A stretch of DNA of 64,000 bases from Octopus vulgaris (GCA_951406725.2 OX597825.1:59334001-59398000); one strand, 5' to 3'; positions 37,437 through 50,457 are shown, counted from the first letter of the stretch. Made by a program: numbers and translations. Notes: a model not told the origin generated them from the sequence alone.

Positions 37437-38915
37437 TAAAGGAGGTAGCAGAGCAGAGGCCAAGAACTACAGACCTATTTCTCTGACATCACACATCAGC
37501 AAGGTCATGGAACGAATAGTCAGAAGGAAACTAATCACCTTCCTTGAAGAAAATGACTTGCTGCCTGACACCCAACATGGTTTCCGACCAGGAAGAAGCT
37601 GCTTAACTCAGCTCCTACAACACTATGACTGGGTGCTGAAACGACTGCTCAACCACTCAAATGTGGGAGTCATATATTTCGACTTTGCAAAGGCCTTTGA
37701 TAAAGTCGACCATGGAGATATGTCACAAACTGCGTGATTTTGGCATAGTTGGAAAATTGGGAGAATGACTTCGTGACTTTCTGAAGGATAGAAGTTAGGT
37801 GGTAGTAGCCAATTAACACGCAATTAACACGCAAATAGTGAGCGGTGTTCCGCAAGGCACTGTTTTGGGACCACTACTGTTCATAATGGCCCTCTCAGAC
37901 ATGCCCTCAGCCACGCAGAGATCCACGATCACAAGTTATGCAGATGATACAAAAGTTTCACAGGCAGTATAGAACCCTGAAGACACTAAGCACCTGCAAT
38001 GTGAGCTGGACAAAATATACAAGTGGGCTGAAAAGAATAGCATGCAGTTCAATGCTGAAAAGTTTCAAGCTTTATGCTATCAGCATGCAAAACTAAATGC
38101 AATACCCAATAAATACACTGGACCTGGAGGGATTGCAATCCCAGAGGCACAATCAGTGCGAGACCTGGGTATTTACATGAGTGATGATGCAACCTTTCAT
38201 CTGCATGTTGCTAAATTGGCAATGAAATGTAGGCGGCTGACCGGATGGATTCTTAGAACCTTTAGAACAAGAGACCAGGAAACCATGATGGTCCTCTGGG
38301 GGACACTTGTCCTAAGCCACTTTGACTATTGCTCTCAGCTATGGTCACCATCCAGTGTCAAGTTAATCACAGAACTTGAGGCGATCCAACGAAGCTACAC
38401 GATGAAGATAGCCTCTGTGCAGCATATAAGCTATTGGGAAAGACTCAAGAGATTGAGACTCTATTCCTTAGAACGTAGGCGAGAAAGATATGCCATAATA
38501 TACATCTGGAAGATCCTAGAAGGACTTGTCCCAAACTTTGGCATCGAAAGTTACACAAACACCAGAACTAGGCACCACTGCACAGTGCCAAGGACTCCAA
38601 ATTTGCCATCAAGATGTAGGACAAGATACTGTGATAGCCTGGGCTTCCGAGGCCCACAGCTCTTCAATATCCTCCCAAAGAACCTAAGAGACGGGGTGGA
38701 TGCAGATGTCTTTAAAATGAAACTGGATCTCTTCTTGTCAGGTGTCCCAGATGAACCAACTACACTGCAGGAGGTGCAGATGAGGGCAGCTGCATCGAAC
38801 TCTCTCATGCACCAAATGGCAATTACTAAAAAGCATTCGTGAAGTAAAATCATGTAGCAACACCAAATGGCGGTGCCCCAGCATGGCCACAGCTTGTGAA
38901 CTGAAATTAGATAAA
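37437..38915 (+). mobile_element. 5'-truncated CR1-group LINE (reverse transcriptase pseudogene)
   Basis: NYRPISLTS, QHGFRPGRSC, DFAKAFDKV, SGVPQGTVLGP, YADDTK, DYCSQLWSP and YWERLKRLRLYSLERRRER, with frameshifts and stops. Confidence 0.95.
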
Positions 38916-39186
38916 AATTTAAAAAATAAAAAAAAATAAAATGTATATACTTAACAATGTATATATTTAACAACGTATCTATTTAATAATGTAAATATTT
39001 TAAAGTGTGTATATTTAATGAGAGATATATTTGATAATGTATATATTTAACAATGTATAAAATCGACAATGTTATATTCAAGACTGTATGCGTTTAATAG
39101 TATATATTTAACAATATACATTTAAACAAGGTTTATCTTTAATTCTAATGCTACTACTACTAACAATGATGACAATAATATTTATG

Positions 39187-39258
<72 letters not shown>

Positions 39259-39332
39259 GTAATAATAATAATAATGATAATAATAACACCAACAATATGT
39301 ATGTATATACTTATATACTTAACAAAAATATA

Positions 39333-39382
<50 letters not shown>

Positions 39383-39411
39383 TATGTATGCACACTTTAC
39401 AATATATATAT

Positions 39412-39740
39412 TTAACCTTTAAATGGCAGACATCATCAACTTATGTCTCAAAAAATTTTCATGGATACGGCCATCATCAAGAGATACCCGAGCATCTACT
39501 TCGTCAAACGTGCCTAAGCATAAGTAGCCCTTATCGATGGTAGAAATCAGGTCACAAATGGAAGACTTATACAGTGATCAAGAAGATTTTACATTTTTTT
39601 TTCTTTCATCATCGTCAGACGAGATAGATGATGTTCTACATAGCACAAAAGAAAGGTATGCTTCAATTCGCTCTGGATGGAAAAGTTCATCGATTTTTTC
39701 TCCATTTGTTACATTCGTTTGACAATAGTGCAAAAATCTC
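39412..39740 (+). mobile_element. possible piggyBac-like 5' fragment
   Basis: Begins TTAACCTTT; acidic stretch MEDLYSDQEDF...SSSSDEIDD. Weak evidence. Confidence 0.25.
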
Positions 39741-39766
39741 AGATACTTGAATATTTTACCGCACTT

Positions 39767-39975
39767 TAAGGCGGCGTGCTGGCAGAATCGTTAGCACGCT
39801 GGACAAAATGCTTAGCTGCATTTCGATTGTCTTCACGTTCTGAATTCAAATTCCACCGCGGTCTATTTTACCTTCCTTCATTGCGGGGTCGAGTAAATAA
39901 GTACCAGTTGAATAATGGGGTCGGTGTTATAGACTTATCCCTTCCCCAAAACTTCTGGCCTTGTACCAAAATTTA
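39767..39975 (+). mobile_element. SINE family B, diverged variant
   Basis: GGCGGCGTGCTGGCAGAATCGTTAGCACG...GAATTCAAATTCC...GGGGTCGAGTAAATAAGTACCAG. Confidence 0.8.
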
Positions 39976-40594
39976 AACCAAAATATATTAACGCCCTTTT
40001 CGATGAGATTGTAAATGATATTGCGAGAGGCTGGAGATAGGAACGAAGACTTCCTTTTGCAAATACTGATAGGGCACAGAAAGTGTGTCAAAAGCCAGCT
40101 GGAGGAGATGTCTTCCTGGGGCTACAAGCTAGAGTAGGATTAACTCTTAAGGGTTAGCCAGATTTAGGTGGCAAATATACTTCACGATGTCGTGCAGCTA
40201 CTGTTTATACCTCGCTCACAGATTTATTATTGCTTATATATATATATGAATGTATGTACATATGTGTATATATATATATGATATACATGTGCGTGTATGT
40301 ATGAATATGTGTGCACGCGTGCGTGTGTTTTACAGCTATTGTCAATTATAGTTTGGTAAAAGGAAAAGGAAACAGGAACTATATTGCCTAAGTGTAAAAC
40401 ACTTGACCAACAAACAGGCAAGTAAAAACAAACAACAAAAATAAAAGAAAAGGAAAGGACAATCCTGTATTGAACCCTTGTTTTCTGCATTACATTCATG
40501 CATGCTGCTATCGCTGTTGTAGCTGTTGTTTAGCTTGTGAGAACAGATTTAAGATCAAAGATGTCCCAGCTCCGACTATTCCATCATTTGCAGA

Positions 40595-41274
40595 TTCGGG
40601 CGTTGCTGTGTTGAGGCGCAGGCGTCGCTGTGTGGAGGCGCAGGCGTGGATGTACGGAGGCGCAGGCGTATTTGTGCGTAGGCTCAGGGGTGGAAGTGTG
40701 GAGGCGAAGGCGTGGCTGTACGGAGGCGCAGGCGTATGTGTGCGTAGGCTCAGGGGTGGAAGTGTGGAGTCGCAGGCGTGGCTGTACGGAGGAGCACGCG
40801 TATTTGTGCGTAGGCTCAGGGGTGGAAGTGTGGAGGCGCAGGGGTGACAGTGCATAGGCACTGGTGTGGCTGTGTGGTGGTGATGGGGGTTGCTGTGTGG
40901 CGGCGCAAGCGTGGCAGTGTGGAGGCATAGAGATGGTTGTGTGGAGGCGCAGGCATGACTGCACGGAGGCGCAAGCATGACTGTGCGGAAACGCAGGTGT
41001 GGTTGTGCGTAGGCGCAGGGGTAGAAGTGCAGAGGCGCAGGCGTGACAGTGCAGAGGCACTGGTGTGGCTGTATAGAGGTGCAGGCATGGCTGTGTGCAA
41101 GTGCAGGCGAGGCTGTGTGGAGGTTATGGCGTTGCTGTGTGGAGATGCAGGCCTGCTTGTGTGGGGGCACAAGCGTGGATGTGTGGGGACGTAGGCGTGG
41201 CTGTGTGGGGACGTAGGCGTGGCTGTGTGGGGACGTAGGCGTGGATGTGTGGGGACGTAGGCGTGGCTGTGTGG
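40595..41274 (+). repeat. GC-rich 22-bp minisatellite derived from the SINE A 5' end, with 66-bp higher-order units
   Basis: Unit approximately GGCGCAGGCGTGGCTGTGTGGA, about 30 copies, running directly into the SINE A head. Confidence 0.88.
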
Positions 41275-41665
41275 TAAGAAGCTTGCTTTCCAACCGCATT
41301 GGTTCTGCGTTCAGTCCCACTGCGTGGCACCTTAGGCAAGTGTCTTCTACTAAAGCTTCGGGCTGACCAGAGCCTTGTGAGTGGATTTTGTGAACGGAAA
41401 CAGAAAGAAGACCGTCGTATATATATATATATATGTATTTATGTATGTATATATGCGCCGCATGTCTGTGTCTGTGTTTGTCTCTCCCACCATCGCTTGA
41501 CATCAATGTTGGTGTGTTTACGTCCCCGTAACTTAGCGATTCGGCAAAAGAGTACTAGACTTACAAAGAATAAGTCATGGAGTCGATTTGTACGACTAAA
41601 ACCCTTTCATGCGGTGCTCCAGCATGACCGCAGTCTAATGACTGAAAAAAGTTACAGAATAACAG
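41257..41665 (+). mobile_element. SINE family A, full length
   Basis: Head, internal microsatellite and tail are all present. Confidence 0.9.
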
Positions 41666-41694
41666 AATAGCATACGCATTAGTCAACACGTACT

Positions 41695-41795
<101 letters not shown>

Positions 41796-42764
41796 ATACA
41801 AACTGGGACAAGAGCGCAAAACATTTAGAAGACGATACAAAAAACAACGGACGGGACATTCGAAGCCTTCAATCTTCAGTCAAAAACCGGATCATCCGCG
41901 CAATTTCGGCAGCATCCAGAAGTTTTAAAAATATAAAATTTCTGGAGAGCTTGAGCTTTGAACGAACAAACAATGAGAGAGTGGACGTACAGAGTAAACA
42001 ATCGACGAAGACAAATATTAATGGCCGTTAGGCCAAGATGCATTGTAATGGGTAACACCTAGTAGAAATTTTGAAAGGATATAGAATAAGTACAAAAGAA
42101 GAAAGTAGTAGAAGAGAAAAAAAAGGTAGAAAAAATGTCGGGAGTTGAGAAAAATGACATCCAGCTAAGTACGCGTCGCGTCCAGAAAAGACAGAGGTGA
42201 GAAAAGAATGGCCTGTAGTCACGTGGGAACAAAGAGGCAGAGGAGAAGGGAGACAAGAGAGAGAGGATGAGGGAAAGAAACAAAGAGAGTGGGGAGAAGG
42301 GAGAAGAAACAAAAGATAGTAAGGGGTGGACGAACGATAGACAGGAGACAGCACAGAAGGAGGGTGAGAAACAGAAAATAAAGAGGATTGTAGAGGGGTA
42401 CATACACACACATATATGTATGTGTGTATGTGTGTGTGTGTGTGTGTGTGTACATATATATGTACATTGTTCAATTGATCGGAACAACTGGAGCCCTCGT
42501 CGTCGTAACCGACGGACTGCCAGTTTTCGTGATGAAGTTAAAATATGGATATTTGTATCGTGTACAGCGGGATCTGAAACCAATATTTGCATATTTATTG
42601 TTAACATATTAAAGCAGACTCACGCGCCAAAATATGCTGGTCACTGTTGTGTACGTCAAAGGAGGATAACTTATCTCTTTTGCGACTGTGTGTTCAGTAC
42701 ACCCGGATCATTGGCGCATGGGATTCTGGGATGGTGGTGTGTCGACATGTGCCATGTTAGCTAG

Positions 42765-42852
42765 AAAATTTGAACTCAGAACGTAACAGCAGACGAAATA
42801 CAGCTAAGCATTTCGCCCGGCGTGCTAAAGATTCTGCCAGCTAGCCGCCTTA
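42765..42852 (-). mobile_element. SINE family B head
   Basis: AATTTGAACTCAGAACGTAAC...TTCTGCCAGCTAGCCGCC. Confidence 0.85.
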
Positions 42853-43057
42853 TATCTCAACAAATATTGAGGAAAACAAAACCAGAATGAAGAATATTTA
42901 GTAAAAAGCTTGGGATGCGCAAGAAAGATGTGCTTTAATTCTTTTTCAATTCTTTTCATGCCAACCCACCTAAGACTAACCCTGCTTCTAGGACGCCAGC
43001 TTTGTGTCCTAAAGTGTTTTAAATTTGAACCTTTCATCAAAATTTCATGTTATTCTT

Positions 43058-43284
43058 TTATTCTTCCATTTGTTTCAGTCATTAGACAGCGGCCATGCTG
43101 AGGCATCTGCTTGAGGAATTTTAGTCGAATAAATCGACCTAAGTACTTCTATTTTTTTTCTTTTTAAGCCTGGCACTTATTCTACCGGTTGTCAATCAGT
43201 GATGGGGTACAAACAAACACACACACACACACACGCACGCACGCACACACACACACACGCACGCACACACACACAAACACGCAA

Positions 43285-43325
<41 letters not shown>

Positions 43326-43490
43326 GCATATATACGACGAGCTTCATTTAGTTTCCGTCTACCAAATCCACTCACAAGGCTTTGGTCGGCCCGACGCTAT
43401 AGTAGAAGACACTTGCACAAGGTGCCACGCAGTGGGACTGAACCTGGAACCATGAGGTTGGGAAGCAAGCTTCTTGCCACACAGCCACTC
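43058..43490 (-). mobile_element. SINE family A with internal deletion
   Basis: Reverse complement of tail and head. Confidence 0.85.
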
Positions 43491-44105
43491 AAATACCAGA
43501 TTTACAAGGATAAAATTATTTTACTAAATTATTAATTATTTAAAAAATTAATTGGAATTAAGGCAATAAGTATGCTTCCATAGAATACGGTAGCAAGAGT
43601 GCTGTTCAGCTTTAAAGAACCACACGTGAAGATTAACTGTTTTTAGTAAAGTGTTAGCAGTTAACGAACTAATTGCACTCTTAATTGCGGTCCTAAATTA
43701 CATCAAACACATATGCGCGCGCTCACACGCGCACTGACGCACACATACACACATGCACGCACGCACGCACGCACGAACGCATGCGTACACACTCATACAT
43801 GTACGCACATACAATCACGTACGCACATGACACGTGTAAATCTTACACACTTACTAAATGTTAAGTAAATATTATCTTTGTTATATCCATTAGCCGTGGA
43901 ATTCCTGTAGGTATATGAACTCAAATGTATCGCGCTATGATAAAACTACCTCAGATATGCCGAAGCCCCCGCCATAGCTCGTTGTAATTATCTACGTTGA
44001 CCATCTACATTAATTAAGGGATCTGATTGGTAATTAACGATTTATAAAATATCGGAAACAGTTAATTATGTATTCGTGTGTCTCGTGTTCGTTTCATTCG
44101 CCCTG

Positions 44106-44494
<389 letters not shown>

Positions 44495-44899
44495 TTATAT
44501 ATATATATTTGTATTGTTATTATTACAATTTCGATGGTAAGTAGGTTAAATAAGTTCAACAAGAACGAGTTATGCTGTTGGAGATATTTTTAACGGCCTG
44601 CTGTAGTTATGGTAAATGGTGCAGAGCGTGTGTTGGATTGCCAGTTCCACTTGTTTAACAGTCTGTGGTAAAAAAAGAGAAGGAACCGAAAAACAAAAAA
44701 CAAAAAAATTAAAAAAGAAAACAAAAAGAAAAGAATTGTATTTCATATTCATATTCAGTATACATCGACAGTTAGTTTTAGGATGGAATTTTGTTGCTTT
44801 CATAGTTGAAACTTAAATCGTAGACTGAAAATACTTCTAAACAGGATGGACCCTAATTCACGAATGCGTTTCAATATTTGATAACACGTATCTTGTTAG

Positions 44900-45271
44900 G
44901 CCCACGGGCATATGGCCTAGCGGTTAAGAGCGCGGGCTACTAAAGGCGGCGAGCTGGCAGAAACGTTAGCACCCCGGGCGAAATGCGTAGCCGTATTTCG
45001 TCTGCGGTTACGTTCTGAGTTCAAATTCCGCCGAGGTCGACTTTGCCTTTCATCCTTTCGGGGTCGATTAAATAAGTACCAGTTATTCACTGGAGTCGGT
45101 AAAATCGACTTAATCCGTTTGTCTGTCGTTGTTTGTCCTCTCTGTGTTTAGCCCCTTGTGGGTAGTAAAGAAATAGGTTAAGAGCGCGGGCTACTAACTT
45201 CAATATTCCGTATTCGATTCCAAGCAGTGACCTGAAAAATAACAATAATAATAATAATAGTAATAATAATA

Positions 45272-45326
<55 letters not shown>

Positions 45327-45491
45327 TAATAATAATAATAATAACAACATCGAAAAATACCTTAGGAATGAGAACCCAGGTTCGATATTTCCCCAAGACA
45401 CCTGAAGAAGGTGGGAAGGTATATTAGCCGAAACGTTGTGTTAACAACAAACAAGACGAGGACAAATATCCGTTAAATGTAAATAATGTAC
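44900..45491 (+). mobile_element. tRNA-headed HHR module with no ORF (HHR 45397-45442), interrupted by SINE B
   Basis: Starts GCCCACGGGCATATGG exactly as at 55091, with no PLE coding sequence upstream. Confidence 0.88.
44944..45175 (+). mobile_element. SINE family B with 22-bp TSD
   Basis: TSD GGTTAAGAGCGCGGGCTACTAA at 44922-44943 and 45176-45197. Confidence 0.93.
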
Positions 45492-45834
45492 GTTTCTTGT
45501 TAGTTTTGAATTTACTTTAAATTACTCAGCATCCATTATTGAAGAGTATGTATGTGTACCTATCTATTTATATATGTGTATGAGTGTGTGTGTGGGGATA
45601 ATTGTATGCCAGGTGTCAAAGAAAGCTGTTAAATGTATTTTTACAGTAAAATTACATTATAGAATCATACACAGTAAATTTAAGAATTAATTGTACGCTA
45701 GGTGTCAAAATAACTGTAAAGAAATATTTTCTGGTTTACATTTACAATACCATACTATCGTATACAATAACTATATATAAGAAACGCACGCTCGAGATGA
45801 AAATATTTGTAAAAATAAATAAATAAACGAATTA

Positions 45835-45875
<41 letters not shown>

Positions 45876-45879
<4 letters not shown>

Positions 45880-46091
45880 TAAATCCAAACATGAACAAAG
45901 AGAAAACACAACAACGCGAGGACGTGGAACAAGTATAGTGTTATTAGTGTTATTGGACGCACAGGAAAGGAAAGAAAGAAGGTGGATTTAACGTTTCAAG
46001 CAGAGCTCTTCGTCAGAAACATAGAAAAAGGAAAGGTCCAAGGTAGGGAAGACGGAGAAAGAAAATCGACAACGATACACTCGCGGTCACA
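45876..46091 (-). mobile_element. inverted PLE terminal repeat (34605 family)
   Basis: Reverse complement aligns with 34605-34800, including CTGACGAAGAGC. Confidence 0.85.
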
Positions 46092-46119
46092 CACACGCAC
46101 ACACACACACACACATATA

Positions 46120-48064
46120 TTCGTCCAATCTTTCCATCCAGCCCTCCACTTCACTTCCACTATCTCCAACACCTCTGTCTCCTTCCTCGACATTTCGGTT
46201 AGCATTCTTCACTCCACTCTTACCACCTCCATTCACTACAAACACACAGACTCACACTCATACCTCAACTTCTCTTCCTCCCACCCAGAACACACCAAGC
46301 TTTCCATCCCCTATTCCCAATTCCTCCGTCTACGTAGGCTCTGTAGTGACGACCATGACTTTGAGACTCAGTCTCAACGTATGGCTCACCACTTCACCCT
46401 ACGTGGATACCCCCTCACCACTATCCACACCGCCCTTGCCAGAGCACGGTCCGTGGACCGTGTATCTGCTCTCTCTCCCCGAACCTGCCCTGTAGTCTCC
46501 CGCCTCCCTTTTCCCCTCACTTACCACCCCACGACCCTACGTCTCCAACGCACCATTCTTCGAGCTTTCCGTCATCTCCAGTCCGACCCGTCCACTTCAC
46601 ACCTCTTCCCTAACCGACCCCTCCCCTCTTTCAAACGAGCCCACAACCTTCGAGACCTTTTGGTCCATAGCTCCTTCCCTGACCCTACCTCCCAACCCGG
46701 CTCGTTCCCCTGCTCCCGCCCACGTTGCCGCACTTGCCCTTACCTCTCCAACACCACCCGCCTCACTAGCACCCACCATCGACCCTATCCCATCATCCAC
46801 TCCTTCACCTGCACCTCCAGCAATATTATCTATTGCGTCTCTTGCTCTCTCTGCAATTCCTTGTACATCGGACAAACGGGACGCCGCTTGGCTGACCGGT
46901 TCGCGGAACACCTTCGTGACATCCACCTTGCGAACGACACACCGGTCTCACGCCATTTCCGCTCCACCGGTCACTCCTTGCAACACCTATCTGTGTTCGG
47001 TTTGTCCTTACACAGAGGCCATCCGGATTCCCGTTTGCGCCGTGAACAGGAATTAATCTTCTCTCTTCGCTCTTATACGCCATTTGGTCTCAACTCTCCC
47101 CCCTCCTCATCTAACCCCCTCTCCCCCCTCCTCACATATCATTCCCCCCGACCCCTACTTCTTCAGTCCTTCATCCTTTCACCCCTACTCCCCTTCCCTT
47201 CTTCCCTCTTTCTCCCTCCCTCCTTCCCTCTTCCCCTTCCCTCTGCTCCCTCACTCCCCTTCTCTCTCCCCCTCTCCCTCTTTCCTCCTTCCTCCCCTCC
47301 TCCCCTTCATTCTCCCCTCCTCTCCTCTTCCCCCCTCTCCTCCCCCTCTTATTCCCCTCCCCTTCCCCCCCTCTTCTCCTCACTACACCACACGACTTTA
47401 CACATCACATCATATATGATGTGCCATACTAATACATACACCAACTAATACATACTAATACGTACTAATACATACTAATACATACTAATACATACACCAA
47501 CCCTATACATACACACGTCCAGACCCCTCATACGCACTTATACTCTCTCATACACACACACACACACACTTATACATACTAATACGTACTAATACATACT
47601 AATACATACTAATACATACACCAACCCCATACATACGCACGTCCAGACCTATCCTACGCACTAATACTCTCTCATACACACACACACACACACACACCCT
47701 TATACATACTAATACATATTAATACATACACACGTCCAGACCTCTCCTACGCACTAATAGCTGGTCATTCAACCCTATTATCAACCCTATTATCTCCCCT
47801 TATTTCGCTCTCGCGTCTCATGTTTGATCTTTGACCTCTGGCCGAAATCAGATCGCCATGTTGATTCGTTAGTTACTGCACGCATTTTTTTTCTCTCTCT
47901 TCTTTCTGTGTTTTTTTCTCTCTGTGTATCTTTCTGTTGAAGAGCGTAGGCTCGAAACGTTAAAGACTTGTTTTATTTATATTTCCTGAGCGCCATACTA
48001 ATACAATTGTTTGTTTGTTTTCCACCTGCCTTCGTCTTTTGTCTATTTTCATAAAGCTTCCCGT

Positions 48065-48065
<1 letters not shown>
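46120..48065 (+). mobile_element. 5'-truncated Neptune-like Penelope element (RT thumb, Zn knuckle, GIY-YIG, 3' terminal repeat with HHR 47929-47966)
   Basis: FLDISV...YKHTDSHSYL...SIPYSQFLRLRRLCS; CSRPRCRTC; NIIYCVSCSLCNSLYIGQTGRRLADRFAEH; ...PFGLN. The frame is open for about 330 codons, then a pyrimidine tract, an ATACATACTA minisatellite, the terminal repeat and (TA)n. Confidence 0.95.
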
Positions 48066-48104
<39 letters not shown>

Positions 48105-48107
<3 letters not shown>

Positions 48108-48298
48108 CTGGCTTTTGGTAAAAGAAAATACAGGAGGATCAGTTAATTATGATTTTATCCAACATATTCCCCTCTCAGATTCACACACTTAGCAGTCCTT
48201 CAGTTTTTCGAAGCCCTGTAAAAGACCTCGGAAGGTTGGACCTCCATCCAAGCCTTTCGCGATATCCTTAAAGTCAGGAACTTTTCAGCAACCCCTTG
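48105..48298 (-). mobile_element. mariner-derived MITE
   Basis: Reverse complement of the 31268-31480 family. Confidence 0.8.
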
Positions 48299-48310
48299 TG
48301 TGTGTATAGA

Positions 48311-48343
<33 letters not shown>

Positions 48344-48344
<1 letters not shown>

Positions 48345-48725
48345 GAGGCGCAATGGCCCAGTGGTTAGGGCAGCGGACTCGCGGTCGGAGGATCGCGGTT
48401 TCGATTTCCAGACCGGGCGTTGTGAGTGTTTATTGAGCGAAAAAACCTAAAGCTCCACGAGGCTCCGGCAGGGGATGCTGGTGATCCCGGCTGTACTCTT
48501 TCACCACAACTTTCTCTCACTCTTACTTCCTGTTTCTGTTGTACCTGTATTTCAAGGGGCCGGCCTTGTCACTCTCTGTGTCACGCTGAATATCTCCGAG
48601 AACTACGTTAAGGGTACACGTGTCTGTGGAGGGCTCAGCCACTTACACGTTAATTTCACGAGCAGGCTGTTCCGTTGATTCGGATCAACCGGAACCCTCG
48701 TCGTCGTAACCGACGGAGTGCTTCC
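48344..48725 (+). mobile_element. SINE family D (tRNA-derived)
   Basis: A box TGGCCCAGTGG and B-box-like GTTTCGATTTCC; head shared with 56297. Confidence 0.85.
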
Positions 48726-48744
48726 ATATACATGTGCGTACATT

Positions 48745-49121
48745 AGAAGTACTCTCAGACACGAGTGTGCTGATGTTTCTTCTGTAGAAAAAAAAAACAC
48801 CTGCAGAAAAGTTACAATGATGGCATTCAGGTTTCCATTCACGCCACAGAATGGTTCTTGAGAATAAACGAAGCCATTATTATTAGCAAGACCAAGCCCC
48901 GAATTAATAACAGACCCGAGCTGCACACAGCTGATTGGCTATTATAGCAAAGCTACCATGCGCATACCAAGCTCCCGCCACTCCACACTCAGTACAGAGT
49001 AGAAAAGGTAGCTCACATCAGAACTCCGATTTCTATTTTCCGAAGAGGTTTAAACCCAAAATATTGATATCAAAATTTATTAAAATTTCAGAGCCCTCGG
49101 TGATTTTTGACTCACCCTGAA
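48745..49121 (-). mobile_element. Tc1/mariner-superfamily 5' fragment
   Basis: Minus strand begins CAGGGTGAGTCAAAAA (TIR-like), then a CCAAT box and decayed ATGGCTTCG...QEPFC start. Confidence 0.45.
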
Positions 49122-50044
49122 TAAAAAATAAATGTACATTTGATCTAAAAATCAAACAAACTCTAAACGCTGAGGTTATTACTCAGAGACGTCATCTGCT
49201 TGAAAAATCAACAGTTAAGCAGGGATGAATAGAGCAAAAGATTTTATTAGATTATAAGAAATACTAAAGCGATGAGGTGATGAAAACATTATCTCAGTGA
49301 CTAATATTTTAATCAGGATTAAAAGTAGAATTAGTCATTAAGATAATAATACTGTCATCTTTCTCTCACCGTGGTGGTATTTCGAATGAGATGTTTGATG
49401 CTCTGCTTTAAATGTGTTCACTCTTAATTAACTGCTGATTTAATTAGAGATTAGTTTTATAAATTTGAGAGATAGCAAAGGATGTTTTAAGTTATTTGTC
49501 CCTATTAGAAAAAAAGGGAAACAATCCCAAATCGCTCTCTCTCTCTTAAAATCATGCCTTCCTGTCTAAAGACAGAGAAGGAGGGAGAGGGGGAGAGAGG
49601 GAGAGAGAGAAAGAGAGAGAGGAGAATTAGGATAACGTGGTAATAAGTTCATGGCGCTAAGGGAAAAGTTGAGATGCTCACGGATGGAGTGTCTGGAGTG
49701 TCTTTCATTGTAGATTCTTTCGATCAACGCTTATCATTGTCTAAACAAAAACAGCTTCAGTGGCATCAGCATAAACAATAATTCTAGCGTCAACAACAAC
49801 AATAGTTAGGGACATATGTTGCTTGTGTCGACTCTACGTATAATTGTATAACCGGTACAATTCGAATATACATATGCTTTGAATATACATATTTCGAATA
49901 TACATATGGTTAGAACATGAAATGAAAATAATTAAATGCGTAAATAAGATTGATTTAAACTAAATTAAATATATATAGTATTTCTGACTGGGGACTAATA
50001 TCAGTCTATGAGTTGTCTAATTATAAAAAGGTTCAAACCCTCAA

Positions 50045-50140
<96 letters not shown>

Positions 50141-50236
50141 GTCTCTGTCTCTGTCTGTCTGTCTCTCTCAATAAACCATGTATTCTAGAGGATGTATTAG
50201 GCACTCCTCTTTTTAGTCAATACAATTCAATGTCTG

Positions 50237-50275
<39 letters not shown>

Positions 50276-50457
50276 CGATAAACGTCGCCCTTCTCAAGCC
50301 TAGCCAGGCTCAAGGGATCGGTTTCCCGGTTTCTGTGGCGTATGTGTTCCCCCCAGCTGGACGAGACGCCAGTCCATCGCAGCGTTACGCAGTGGGACTG
50401 AATCCGGAACCATGTGGTTGGTATGCAAGCTACTTACCACACAGCCACTCCTGAGCC

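Noticed and set aside
40508-41506. 332-aa Pro/Thr/His-rich ORF and overlapping ORFs
   Set aside because: Antisense read-through of a SINE and its 22-bp minisatellite; open in several frames because of GC content.
41850-41885. CTGAAGA-TTGAAGGCTTCGAA on the minus strand as a hammerhead
   Set aside because: No GAAA/UH arrangement or stem I pairing.
44570-44662. Possible minus-strand exon after a strong acceptor (TVKQVELAIQHTLC...)
   Set aside because: All frames stop within about 30 codons, there is no convincing donor and no recognisable homology.
45982-46119. N-terminus of the 488-aa ORF
   Set aside because: Derived from an inverted terminal repeat and (CA)n; PLE homology begins near 46120.
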